This document shows positions 36,974 through 46,354 of a stretch of DNA of 64,000 nt, piece by piece (within the stretch, counting starts at the first letter, position 1; each line of letters opens with the position of its first letter). A program made the translations under genes and the position numbers. The stretch covers positions 4,880 to 68,879 of the forward strand of contig JANRBR010000024.1 in assembly GCA_030727405.1 (NCBI GenBank), written 5' to 3'. Origin of the DNA: Crocinitomicaceae bacterium. Lineage in GTDB: Bacteria; Bacteroidota; Bacteroidia; Flavobacteriales_D; Crocinitomicaceae. The notes under the pieces are model-generated. The model was not told the DNA's origin. It saw only the letters and a program-made list of their open reading frames with translations, and made no database searches.

Positions 36974-37768
36974 TCAAATGTTGTCTTTTATAAAATCCAA
37001 TTCATCTATATCCGTGATCGAATGGCTGTATTCGAAGGAAGATTCCCTCGTTATTTTTGTTCCATCAATTAACTTGCCAATGTTTCCAGATGCTATTTGT
37101 AAGTCTTGATTTAGCCATTTTTTTGCCAACCCACCATAATATTCGGCCCTTGTTGGATGTTCAGGTGCACACACATTGTAAATTCCACTAGGAAAATCAA
37201 TTGTTGTGGCCAGTTTGATGGCTTGAATCATATCCGTTTGCTGAACCAAATTTACCACTGCGTCGCCATTTGAGAGGGGTTTTTGACTACGGAGCATAAA
37301 GTTTAATGGATGACGACCGGGTCCTATGTGACCTGCCAAACGCAAAATAACGATCTTTGAATCTATGTGATCTTGTATAAACAATTCCATCATGGACGCC
37401 TTGTGAGTCACGTCAATAGGAGAATCTTCCGTGATGGGGGCGTTCGATGAAAAATAAACACCCGTTGAACTCGTAAAAACCAAGGTCTTGAACCTAAGAT
37501 TGGCAAAAACCGTTTTCATCGAGGGTAGGACTTGGTCAAAAGGTGGCCATAAAAGGATGACGACATCAAAATCGTGGATGTGCTTGTTTTGCCAAGTGAT
37601 TTGGCCAAATTCGCTTGTTAATACGATAGGATGAATGCCATTTTTTAGCATTTCGGAACCTTTTTCTTCCAAAGTAGTCGTTGCCCACACTTCGTTGCCT
37701 TCCTTCAATAACGAATCTACAAGAGGTTTTCCTAGCCAACCATAACCAATTATCAAACATTTTTTCAT
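36974..37768 (-). CDS. NAD(P)-binding Rossmann-fold protein (SDR / NAD-dependent epimerase family)
   Basis: MKKCLIIGYGWLGKPLVDSL dinucleotide-binding start from ATG 37768 (the track start is GTG one codon upstream). Confidence 0.75.
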   Translation of the reverse strand: MKKCLIIGYGWLGKPLVDSLLKEGNEVWATTTLEEKGSEMLKNGIHPIVLTSEFGQITWQNKHIHDFDVVILLWPPFDQVLPSMKTVFANLRFKTLVFTSSTGVYFSSNAPITEDSPIDVTHKASMMELFIQDHIDSKIVILRLAGHIGPGRHPLNFMLRSQKPLSNGDAVVNLVQQTDMIQAIKLATTIDFPSGIYNVCAPEHPTRAEYYGGLAKKWLNQDLQIASGNIGKLIDGTKITRESSFEYSHSITDIDELDFIKDNI

Positions 37769-37855
37769 CACTCTTTAGAACGAATAAAACTCAAAAGAGT
37801 TTGATTTTTGTAAAAGGATATGTGCGAACTGTTTTCATCTTGTGAATTGTTGTGC

Positions 37856-37863
37856 TAACTTTG
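37856..37863 (+). promoter_or_regulatory. -7 box TAACTTTG upstream of lpdA
   Basis: Exact TAnnTTTG, 16 nt before ATG 37880. Confidence 0.55.
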
Positions 37864-37879
37864 ACGAAAAATTGACAAG

Positions 37880-39283
37880 ATGAATGCTTTTGATGTAATT
37901 GTAGTAGGATCAGGACCGGGTGGATATGTTTCTGCGCTTCGATGTGCCCAATTAGGCTTAAAAACCGCATTGGTTGAGAAATATACAACGCTAGGTGGAA
38001 CATGTTTAAATGTAGGTTGTATCCCTTCAAAAGCATTGTTAGATTCATCGGAACATTTTCACAATGCGCAGCACAATTTTAAAACACATGGCATTGAAAT
38101 TACAGGCTTAAAAGCGAACTTATCGCAAATGATCAACCGCAAGAATGAAGTAGTGAGCCAAACCTGTGCCGGCGTCAAATTTTTAATGGATAAAAATAAA
38201 GTTACCGTGTATCATGGTCACGGTTCTTTTTCGGATGCCAATTCCATACTTGTAAAGTCAACGGATGGAACAGAGACCATACTTCAAGGTAAAAACATCA
38301 TTTTAGCAACGGGATCTAAACCAAATTATTTTCCGGGAATGGAACCGGACAAAAAACGCATCATTACGTCAACAGAAGCCTTGAATATGACCGAAATTCC
38401 TAAACGGATGTTGGTGATTGGAGGTGGAGTGATTGGACTAGAATTAGGATCCGTTTATGCACGTTTGGGTTCGGAAGTAGAAGTAATCGAGTTTGCTCCA
38501 ACCATTCTCCCAACAATGGATGCTGGAATTGGAAAAGAATTCACCAAAATCCTGAAAAAAGAAGGATTTAAATTTCACATGGAACACCGTGTGTTGAAAG
38601 TTGAAAATGCGGGTAAAAAAGTCGTTTTAACGGCCGAAAATAAAAAAGGTGAGACGGTAACACTTGAGGCGGATTATTGCCTGGTTGCTGTCGGAAGAAA
38701 GCCTTACACGGAAGGATTAAACTTAGATAAAGCGGGACTTAAAGCTTCAGAGCGAGGCCAAATTGAAGTAAACGAACATTTACAAACTGCCCTTCCGCAT
38801 ATTTTTGCCATCGGTGACGTGGTACGTGGAGCTATGTTAGCTCACAAAGCAGAAGAAGAAGGTGTTTTTGTAGCTGAATGCATTGCCGGTCAAAAACCAC
38901 ACATCAATTATAATTTAATTCCAGGTGTTGTGTATACATGGCCTGAAATTGCTGCTGTTGGTAAAACAGAGGAAGAATTGAAAGCTGCAGGAATTTCCTA
39001 TAAAGTGGGGAATTTCCCCATCAAAGCTTTAGGAAGAGCCCGTGCAAGCATGGATACAAGTGGATTCATTAAAATCCTTGCTGATGAAAAAACCGATGAA
39101 GTACTTGGTGTTCACATGATCGCCCCTCGAGCTGCAGATTTAATCATGGAAGCTGTTACGGCAATGGAATACCGTGCTTCTGCTGAGGACATCGCACGTA
39201 TTTGTCACGGTCACCCAACCTATTCAGAGGCGATGAAAGAAGCAGCTTTAGCTGCCACAGATAATCGCGCCTTACACATATAA
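37880..39283 (+). CDS. lpdA: dihydrolipoyl dehydrogenase
   Basis: 467 aa. GSGPGGY FAD motif, redox-active GGTCLNVGCIPSK, and C-terminal HAHPT-like HGHPTYSE interface motif. Confidence 0.95.
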   Translation: MNAFDVIVVGSGPGGYVSALRCAQLGLKTALVEKYTTLGGTCLNVGCIPSKALLDSSEHFHNAQHNFKTHGIEITGLKANLSQMINRKNEVVSQTCAGVKFLMDKNKVTVYHGHGSFSDANSILVKSTDGTETILQGKNIILATGSKPNYFPGMEPDKKRIITSTEALNMTEIPKRMLVIGGGVIGLELGSVYARLGSEVEVIEFAPTILPTMDAGIGKEFTKILKKEGFKFHMEHRVLKVENAGKKVVLTAENKKGETVTLEADYCLVAVGRKPYTEGLNLDKAGLKASERGQIEVNEHLQTALPHIFAIGDVVRGAMLAHKAEEEGVFVAECIAGQKPHINYNLIPGVVYTWPEIAAVGKTEEELKAAGISYKVGNFPIKALGRARASMDTSGFIKILADEKTDEVLGVHMIAPRAADLIMEAVTAMEYRASAEDIARICHGHPTYSEAMKEAALAATDNRALHI

Positions 39284-39286
39284 GGA

Positions 39287-39640
39287 CTAAGCAGAAAATG
39301 CATCAATGATGTGTTCTATACTGGTTTGATGTGTATTGTGAATAATCGATACGATGTCAAAACGGACATTCTTGTCCAGTTGATTTGTTTGAACGTATTG
39401 GTCTGCAACGGTAATGATTTGACGCTGTTTGGATCGAGTTACCGCTCGCCATGGTTCGCCAATTTGTGACGTACAACGTGCTTTGACTTCCACAATGACC
39501 AATTCAGAACCATCCGTTAAAACCAAGTCTACTTCGTATTTTTTGAACCGAATATTCCGGTCTATGAGTTGATAGCCTTTACGCTGTAAATAAGCTAATG
39601 CCTCGTCTTCCCCCCAAATACCCAACTCCTCTTTTTTCAT
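39287..39640 (-). CDS. yraN: YraN-family (UPF0102) endonuclease-fold protein
   Basis: 117 aa. GEDEALAYLQRKGYQLIDRN...YEVDLV...LVIVEVKAR pattern. Confidence 0.85.
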   Translation of the reverse strand: MKKEELGIWGEDEALAYLQRKGYQLIDRNIRFKKYEVDLVLTDGSELVIVEVKARCTSQIGEPWRAVTRSKQRQIITVADQYVQTNQLDKNVRFDIVSIIHNTHQTSIEHIIDAFSA

Positions 39641-39728
39641 ACTCCTATTTTATACTTAAATATACAAATTTCGCGTTGAATTTCCAACCGAATCAATGAA
39701 GCACGTATCTTTATAACAAAATCACAAT

Positions 39729-40961
39729 ATGGCTAAAATCCTCATCAAAAACATCAAAGGACTTGTGCAAGCAGGTGAAAATATTCCGGCAGTTCGCAAA
39801 GGAAGCCAAATGCAAGAACTGGATGTGATGGAGGATGCGTATTTGGCACTTGAGGACAGTGAAGTCATCGGCTATGGATTGATGAATGATTGGGAAGGAA
39901 TCATCGATTGGCGCGATGTTGAAATCATCGATGCCGAAGGCTGTTTCGTTCTTCCTGCTTTCATTGATTCTCACACACATGCCGTTTTTGCCAAAACGCG
40001 TGAAGAGGAATTTGTGGATCGAATTCATGGCTTGAGTTACGAAGAAATCGCAGCAAAAGGAGGAGGAATCTTAAATTCTGCTAGAAAATTAGCAGCGCTT
40101 TCAGAAGATGAACTTTATGAAGCTGCAAAAATTCGGGTGGAAAAAATCATTCAATCTGGAACTGGAGCATTGGAAATTAAATCTGGTTACGGACTTTCAC
40201 GCGAAGGGGAATTGAAAATGCTTCGCGTGATAAAACGCTTGAAGGAAAACATGCCGATAAGCATTAAAGCAACATTTTTAGGTGCGCATGCTTACCCTGT
40301 AGCATTTAAAGAAAATAAACGAGGCTATATCGATTTATTAATTGATGAAATGTTGCCTATCATTCAAAAAGAAAACCTAGCGGATTACATCGATGTGTTT
40401 TGTGAACGCAATTATTTTTCCGTTGATGAAATGGAGGAAATTTTAAAAGCGGGTATAGCGATTGGATTAAAACCAAAAGTTCATGTCAATCAATTCAACA
40501 TCCTCGGAGGTGTAAAAAAGGCAGTTGAACTTGGAGCAATTTCCGTTGATCATTTAGAAGAAATAGATGAACAGGATTTAGAAGCCTTGAAAAATTCAAC
40601 AAGCATCCCTACCCTTCTTCCAGGATGTTCCCATTTTCTGTCCATCCCTTACGGAGACGCACGCCGCATCATTTCAGCAGGACTACCCTTGGCGCTGGCC
40701 AGTGATTTTAATCCGGGCTCTTCACCGAATTACCATTTAATGACCATTTTATCACTTGCCTGCGTAAAGCAAAAGATGACGCCTGAAGAAGCGATTAACG
40801 CTTTAACCATTAACGCAGCTGCGGCAGTCGAATTATCTGATACGCATGGGAAAATCGCACTCGGTAGAAGGTCGCCCATCCTGATGACAAAAGAAATTCC
40901 ATCCTTGGCTTATTTAGCATATGCCTTCGGAGAAGATCATGTGCAACGAATTTTCCTCTAA
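39729..40961 (+). CDS. hutI: imidazolonepropionase
   Basis: 410 aa. PAFIDSHTHAVFA metal-binding HxH, GGGI, KSGYGL and SDFNPGSSP blocks. Confidence 0.92.
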   Translation: MAKILIKNIKGLVQAGENIPAVRKGSQMQELDVMEDAYLALEDSEVIGYGLMNDWEGIIDWRDVEIIDAEGCFVLPAFIDSHTHAVFAKTREEEFVDRIHGLSYEEIAAKGGGILNSARKLAALSEDELYEAAKIRVEKIIQSGTGALEIKSGYGLSREGELKMLRVIKRLKENMPISIKATFLGAHAYPVAFKENKRGYIDLLIDEMLPIIQKENLADYIDVFCERNYFSVDEMEEILKAGIAIGLKPKVHVNQFNILGGVKKAVELGAISVDHLEEIDEQDLEALKNSTSIPTLLPGCSHFLSIPYGDARRIISAGLPLALASDFNPGSSPNYHLMTILSLACVKQKMTPEEAINALTINAAAAVELSDTHGKIALGRRSPILMTKEIPSLAYLAYAFGEDHVQRIFL

Positions 40962-40977
40962 TCTCCAGGTAAAAATG

Positions 40978-40985
40978 TAACTTTG
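40978..40985 (+). promoter_or_regulatory. -7 box TAACTTTG upstream of the TraB/GumN gene
   Basis: Exact TAnnTTTG, 8 nt before ATG 40994, in the 32-nt spacer after hutI. Confidence 0.45.
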
Positions 40986-40993
40986 AATGACAA

Positions 40994-42220
40994 ATGAAAC
41001 AACTCATCCTACTTTTTACTTTTTTTTATTTTGGCATCTGCTCCTTCGGTCAAAATTATGAGTCCGATAAAGAACTTTTCTGGGAAATCTCCGGAAATGG
41101 ATTATCCTCAAAATCCTACCTGTTTGGATCATTACATTCCAACGACAAGCGCTTGTTCCAATTAGCGGATTCCATTTATGTTGGATTAAATCAAACTCAA
41201 AAATTAATTCTTGAAACGGATATTTTTAGCTTATTTAATGAGTTAGATACCCGAACCGACTTGCCTAAAACCCTGTACGATAAGGACGGAAATTCATATA
41301 CTGCTGAAAATGAAGCGAGTAAAACATTCTATGGAGATGAAGATGGAATGCCTCAATTCTTAGATGCGTATTTTCAACAATATTGCTTAAATGCTGGGAA
41401 AGGATTTATTCCTCTTGAATCCATTGCTGATCAATTTGAATTACTTACCGACCATATTCAAGTTTCCAATAAACAATTTATCGATAATGCGGTGAATGAT
41501 TTCACGAATGAACGACTTGTTGAATTATACCTCAAAGGTGATCTTTTAGCCTTGGATAAATTCATGAGAGCGAATATGTCCATTCAAAACAATCTTTATG
41601 AAGAAGTCATTACCAAACGAAATGTGAAAATGGCGGTTAAACTCGACTCCATTCTGAAAACGAAAACAAGTTTTTTCTGTGCTGTTGGTGCGGGACATTT
41701 AGGTAGTACAGGAGGTATTTTGAACCTTCTTCGATCAAAAGGATATAAAATTAGGTTGGTGAAATGGACGCACTCAGAAACACCTTGTTACGATGAGAAA
41801 ATGGTTCGTTCGGCAAAGGAATTTATCTACAAGGATGAGTCCTCCGGACTCATTGCGAAATTCCCAGGAAAACCTATCGTGTTGAACGAATCGGACAACA
41901 GTACCAGAGTCATTTACCGCGAACTTGGACAAGGGAACACCTATGAAATTTCAATTATGCCCATAGATGAGACAATTAGCCCAGAAGAAATCGCATCGAT
42001 TTACATTGCAACATCACCGAACACAGATATTCGCAAAATCATTATGGATGATGGCGATACCGTCTATGAAGGATTGTCCAACACATACCCGGAAGGATTA
42101 AACTTCGTTCAGATACAATTCGGGGCTAAACATTTTGCTGTAATCAAAACGTACGGAGGGAATAAATTCATGCACTCAAATCGCCCAAATCAATTTTTCT
42201 CAAAGGTTTGGTTCGAATAG
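40994..42220 (+). CDS. TraB/GumN family protein
   Basis: 408 aa. Signal peptide; LFWEISGNGLSSKSYLFGSLHSND and AVGAGHLGSTGGILNLLRSKGY are typical of TraB/GumN. Confidence 0.8.
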   Translation: MKQLILLFTFFYFGICSFGQNYESDKELFWEISGNGLSSKSYLFGSLHSNDKRLFQLADSIYVGLNQTQKLILETDIFSLFNELDTRTDLPKTLYDKDGNSYTAENEASKTFYGDEDGMPQFLDAYFQQYCLNAGKGFIPLESIADQFELLTDHIQVSNKQFIDNAVNDFTNERLVELYLKGDLLALDKFMRANMSIQNNLYEEVITKRNVKMAVKLDSILKTKTSFFCAVGAGHLGSTGGILNLLRSKGYKIRLVKWTHSETPCYDEKMVRSAKEFIYKDESSGLIAKFPGKPIVLNESDNSTRVIYRELGQGNTYEISIMPIDETISPEEIASIYIATSPNTDIRKIIMDDGDTVYEGLSNTYPEGLNFVQIQFGAKHFAVIKTYGGNKFMHSNRPNQFFSKVWFE

Positions 42221-42262
42221 AATACGTAACTTCGTTAACACACCATCAACGCGTTTATACGA

Positions 42263-45058
42263 ATGTTATTCATTGATCAACTTGCAAAAAAAATACTGAG
42301 CGATTATCCTAATCGAGACGAACTGGTGGTCATTTTGCCATCGGAACGAGCGGTGAAATACCTAGGGAATGCACTCTTTAAATGGAATAATGGCGCGCTA
42401 ATCGCTCCCGAAATGCTGACCATTGACCGATGGATTCGAGCGCAATTCTCTAACATAATCGACCCAACGCGCTTACTTATCGTCCTTTATGAATGTTACA
42501 TTGAAACCAAAGAAGGTGCAGGAGAAAGTTTTGAATCCTTCCTGACATGGGGTTCCACCTTATTAAGCGATTTCAATGACCTAGATCGGTACTTAATTGA
42601 CCAAGATCAAATTTTTAAAAACTTAAAATCCATTAAAGAGCTGGAAAGCTGGCAGATTGACGAAGAAAATTACAGTGATTCCCAATTGAAATTCATGGCT
42701 TTTTGGGAACAAATTCCATTGTTGCATTCGAAGCTCATGGAAAAACTATCGAAACGAAATCAGCAAACGCTTGCTTTTTCCTACCGTCAGATAGCGGAAC
42801 AAACGAACCTTTTAATAGCACCGAAGAAAAAATACATTTTCGCAGGATTTAATGCCTTGTCAAAATCAGAGCTACAACTGATTAAAAATTTAATGAAACG
42901 AGGCGATGCCGAATTCATCATCGATGCGGATTCCTATTACCTGAATAATGAACAACACGAAGCAGGTGCATTTTTAAGAGCTGACCTGTCCTATTTAGAA
43001 ATAAACCATCCATCGTTTATTCAAAATCGATTACAATCAAATAACCTGGACGTAAAGGTCATTGAGTGCTCTCAACACACGGGTCAAACAAAGGTAGCTG
43101 CTACTGAACTCGCAAAATTAAATCAAGCTGAACTTGACGAAACCTTAGTGTTATTAGCTGATGAGTCGTTGATTCATTCGTTGGTTAAAAACATTCCATC
43201 TTCCGTTGGAAAAGCAAACATTACCTTAGGTCTCCCACTGCAGCAAACACCGGTGAAATCCTGGATTGACTTACTCTTTACCATTCAGGAAAATAAACGG
43301 CGATTTAAAACAAAAGCCCTTTATTTCAAAGACTTTCAACGCATTTTAAACCATGTTTTTTGCCTCGCTTCCTTGCCGGAATCAGAAAAAAAAGAGCTTA
43401 CGAATATCGAGCAAGACAGCATTCGGAAGAATAAGGTATTTCAAACCCTTGAGCGCATTCCACTCCCGCAAAAAGCAAAAGAGATTTTTGAATTGGCAAC
43501 AGAGGACTGGGAAGGAAACTGGACGGTTGCATTGGATAAAATAAGGCAATTAAATGCGCTATTCATTGATTCCTTTGCTGAAAATTATGAATTTGAAAAA
43601 ACAGCCGTTCAAGTTCTAGATCAAGCCTTGCGCGGTTTTGATGCACTCTTAAAGGAAGGTATTCCAACCATGGAAATGAGGAGTTTTAAATTGCTCTTAA
43701 ATCAACATTGGTCAACAACGAACATTGCTTTTCATGGAAATCCAACAAACGGGCTTCAAATCATGGGCTTGTTGGAAACGCGAATGTTGGATTTTAAAAA
43801 CCTCATCATCTTAGGTTTGAATGAAGGAAAACTTCCAAATAACAATCCGATACGAACCCTAATCCCTATGGATCTGCGGGCTGCTTTTCAATTGCCATCT
43901 ACCAGAGAAAAACAAGGGCTATTTGCGCATCATTTTTACCGTTTATTGCATCATGCCGAAAAAATTACCGCCACATACACGGCCTCATCCGAACAAATAG
44001 GTAGCAACGAAGCGAGTAGATACCTCATGCAATTAGAAATGGAACTCGCTAAAACCAATTCTGCCATAAAATGGGAGAAGAACTTTTACCACATTCCATT
44101 TGCTGAGCGTGCGTTGACTAGTGCCACCAAAATTCAAAAAACACCAGAAGTACTTGCCCGCATCGATGCGTTTTTAGAACGATCACTGTCTGCCTCGGCC
44201 ATCAATAAATACATGATTTGTCCACTTGATTATTATTATCGCTACTTGGTTGAATTTGGCGAGGATAAAGAAGTCGAAGAAGAAATCGAAAACCATACGT
44301 TTGGAAGCATCATTCACACAGCCCTTGAACTTCTTTACACGCCCTACGCTCAAAGAGATAAAAATGGCTCCTTTGTTTCTCCCCCTCCCCCTCCTCTACG
44401 AGAAAAAGACCTCTTAAAAATGATTGCCAGTTTTAAAGAGCATATTTATCGTGGATTTATGGATCACTTTGACCAAGATGAATCCCTTTTCAAAACGGGG
44501 AAAAATCGCTTGAGTTATGAGATGGCAATCGAGATCACCAAAAACATCCTTGAAAAAGAACTTCAATTCATTCAAAATTTGACCGAACCACTTTTCATTG
44601 AACAAATCGAAGCGGAAATGCATGCCAATATTGAGGTAGAAACAGAAAATGGAACACGAATTCTCCGTTTTAAAGGGTTTATTGACCGCATAGACCGTAT
44701 AGGAGATCGCTATCGCGTGATTGATTACAAAACAGGAACGGTTAAAAAAGAACATGTGAACTTTAAAATAAATCAACATGGGCTGATTCCATCCTTTGTC
44801 AAAGGAAAACACGCTTTCCAACTTTCACTTTATTGCCTATTTTTCAAAGAAAAGTATGGATTTATGCCCGCGGAAGCTAAAATTTCTTCGTTAATTAATG
44901 TCCATGAAGAATTCAATCTATCTGTAAGTGATGGAGGAATTTCGGATATGTTACCCTACCTGACCAATGTTTTAGAAGAAATTGTTCAGCATTTAATGGA
45001 TCCTCAGCAAGCATTCGAACACTTGGAAGATGCCAAATATTGCCAATATTGTTCATAG
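42263..45058 (+). CDS. PD-(D/E)XK nuclease family protein, AddB-like (inactivated helicase-like N-terminal part plus C-terminal RecB-type nuclease)
   Basis: 931 aa. C-terminal FKGFIDRIDRIGDRYRVIDYKTG nuclease motif, Q-x-x-x-Y-like FQLSLYCLF, terminal CQYC. No Walker A seen in the N-terminal part. Confidence 0.75.
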   Translation: MLFIDQLAKKILSDYPNRDELVVILPSERAVKYLGNALFKWNNGALIAPEMLTIDRWIRAQFSNIIDPTRLLIVLYECYIETKEGAGESFESFLTWGSTLLSDFNDLDRYLIDQDQIFKNLKSIKELESWQIDEENYSDSQLKFMAFWEQIPLLHSKLMEKLSKRNQQTLAFSYRQIAEQTNLLIAPKKKYIFAGFNALSKSELQLIKNLMKRGDAEFIIDADSYYLNNEQHEAGAFLRADLSYLEINHPSFIQNRLQSNNLDVKVIECSQHTGQTKVAATELAKLNQAELDETLVLLADESLIHSLVKNIPSSVGKANITLGLPLQQTPVKSWIDLLFTIQENKRRFKTKALYFKDFQRILNHVFCLASLPESEKKELTNIEQDSIRKNKVFQTLERIPLPQKAKEIFELATEDWEGNWTVALDKIRQLNALFIDSFAENYEFEKTAVQVLDQALRGFDALLKEGIPTMEMRSFKLLLNQHWSTTNIAFHGNPTNGLQIMGLLETRMLDFKNLIILGLNEGKLPNNNPIRTLIPMDLRAAFQLPSTREKQGLFAHHFYRLLHHAEKITATYTASSEQIGSNEASRYLMQLEMELAKTNSAIKWEKNFYHIPFAERALTSATKIQKTPEVLARIDAFLERSLSASAINKYMICPLDYYYRYLVEFGEDKEVEEEIENHTFGSIIHTALELLYTPYAQRDKNGSFVSPPPPPLREKDLLKMIASFKEHIYRGFMDHFDQDESLFKTGKNRLSYEMAIEITKNILEKELQFIQNLTEPLFIEQIEAEMHANIEVETENGTRILRFKGFIDRIDRIGDRYRVIDYKTGTVKKEHVNFKINQHGLIPSFVKGKHAFQLSLYCLFFKEKYGFMPAEAKISSLINVHEEFNLSVSDGGISDMLPYLTNVLEEIVQHLMDPQQAFEHLEDAKYCQYCS

Positions 45059-45068
45059 GGCATAAAAA

Positions 45069-45117
45069 AACCTGAAAAGATAAAAAGGAACTTGTTCGCT
45101 TTCAATCTTTTCAGGTT
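45069..45117. terminator. long near-palindromic hairpin, candidate bidirectional terminator
   Basis: 13-bp perfect stem AACCTGAAAAGAT / ATCTTTTCAGGTT, with further partial pairing inside the 23-nt loop. A7 on the plus side equals T7 after the stem on the minus strand. Confidence 0.5.
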
Positions 45118-45209
45118 ACTGCAAGTTAAATAAAACCAAAACTGAACAAACGTTATTGTTCGGCTATGAGTTAGACGTTCAACCTAAAAAAAAGGTTGCC
45201 TCGGTTTTA

Positions 45210-45569
45210 TTAATATAATTCAGTTTTCAACGCAGAACGATAATCTTTCATTTCCTCACGGTTGATTTTATGATCTGCATTTTTCAATAGGTTCAATAAA
45301 TACAATAAGTTTTCCTTATCGTCTATTTCAATTGGATATTCGTTGCCCTCCTCGTCTTCATCATACTGAGCCTGCACATCAAAACATTCGTTTTCAGTTA
45401 AAAACTCATATGTCAAACGCAATAATTTAACGACTAATGGATCCTGTTCCAACAAAGCCATTTCGCGTAAAGCTTTTAAATCTTCCACCAAATTTGAGGC
45501 AGTCACTCCACTTTTTTCAACATTTGCGATGATGGCATCTAATTTTTGATTCGCTAGTCCAGTTTTCAT
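45210..45569 (-). CDS. hypothetical acidic protein
   Basis: 119 aa from ATG 45569 (the track start is an upstream TTG). No recognisable motifs; acidic stretch QYDEDEEGNEYPIEIDD. Confidence 0.5.
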   Translation of the reverse strand: MKTGLANQKLDAIIANVEKSGVTASNLVEDLKALREMALLEQDPLVVKLLRLTYEFLTENECFDVQAQYDEDEEGNEYPIEIDDKENLLYLLNLLKNADHKINREEMKDYRSALKTELY

Positions 45570-45670
45570 GTATTCATTTTTGATAGGCAAATTTAGTGGA
45601 AATCATTGAAATATTCATGCATCACAGCATAACAATCTATAAAACCCCTTTCTCAAGCAAAAAGAAATCC

Positions 45671-45678
45671 TATTTTTG
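45671..45678 (+). promoter_or_regulatory. -7 box TATTTTTG, 4 nt upstream of the LysE-family ATG
   Basis: Exact TAnnTTTG. The sequence reads TATTTTTG TTGT ATG. Confidence 0.55.
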
Positions 45679-45682
45679 TTGT

Positions 45683-46348
45683 ATGGATTTCTTCATTCAA
45701 GCATTTAGTATTGGGTTTTTATTGAGTGTGATGATTGGACCCGTCTTTTTTCTTTTACTTGAAACAAGCATCACAAAAGGATTTCGTTCCGCCCTTGCCT
45801 TGGATTTGGGTGTGTTAATCAGTGACGTCATTTATGTGCTCATTGCCGTGATGTTTATTGAACAGATTAAAGGATTAATCGCTGGAAACAAACTCATGTT
45901 TAGCATCATTGGAGGGAGTATTTTCGTCGTATACGGTCTTATCAGCTTATTTAAAAAAGTCGAATTGATGGATTCGACCAAATTAGAAGGCATTGAAGTA
46001 GACATCGATCAAAAAAAGTCAAATAAAAACACGAAAGATTATGTCTTTTTGGCATTAAAAGGATTCGTGTTAAATTTCGCCAATCCAATGGTGATTTTCT
46101 ATTGGGTCAGCGTGGCGTCTGTCGCAAACAATGCGGTTCCGGAGGATAACAGTACTTTATGGGCTTTTCTGTTCTTAGGTCTTGTTTTACTTACCTTTTT
46201 TAGCATCGATGTACTGAAAATTCTCGCGGCGAAAAAAATCAGACCTCTTGTGAATCAATCCTTATTGAATGCCTTAAATCGCTTGATTGGCATCGTATTT
46301 ACCTTATTTGGATTGTTTTTAATCCTTCAGTTCTTTTTAAAGAAATAA
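45683..46348 (+). CDS. LysE/RhtB-family amino acid efflux translocator
   Basis: Start set to ATG 45683 (MDFFIQAFSIGFLLSVMIGPVFFLLLE, the typical LysE N-terminus). The track GTG extension upstream is non-hydrophobic and overlaps the promoter box. Confidence 0.85.
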   Translation: MDFFIQAFSIGFLLSVMIGPVFFLLLETSITKGFRSALALDLGVLISDVIYVLIAVMFIEQIKGLIAGNKLMFSIIGGSIFVVYGLISLFKKVELMDSTKLEGIEVDIDQKKSNKNTKDYVFLALKGFVLNFANPMVIFYWVSVASVANNAVPEDNSTLWAFLFLGLVLLTFFSIDVLKILAAKKIRPLVNQSLLNALNRLIGIVFTLFGLFLILQFFLKK

Positions 46349-46354
46349 TCCTCC

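Noticed and set aside
44381-44395. C-rich tract CCCCCTCCCCCTCC as a phase-variation (slipped-strand) switch
   Set aside because: The longest homopolymer is only 5 nt and the tract is interrupted. It simply encodes a PPPPP run. No homopolymer of 10 nt or more, and no multi-copy short repeat, was seen inside any coding region; the A/T runs of 8-9 nt are in AT-rich lysine/phenylalanine codons or in terminators.
39287-45058. YraN endonuclease + TraB/GumN + AddB-like nuclease as a possible defence island
   Set aside because: The genes are on different strands and are interleaved with hutI and flanked by lpdA. All are widely conserved core families, and there are no methyltransferase, ATPase/helicase, Toll/SIR2-like or other defence-typical partners.
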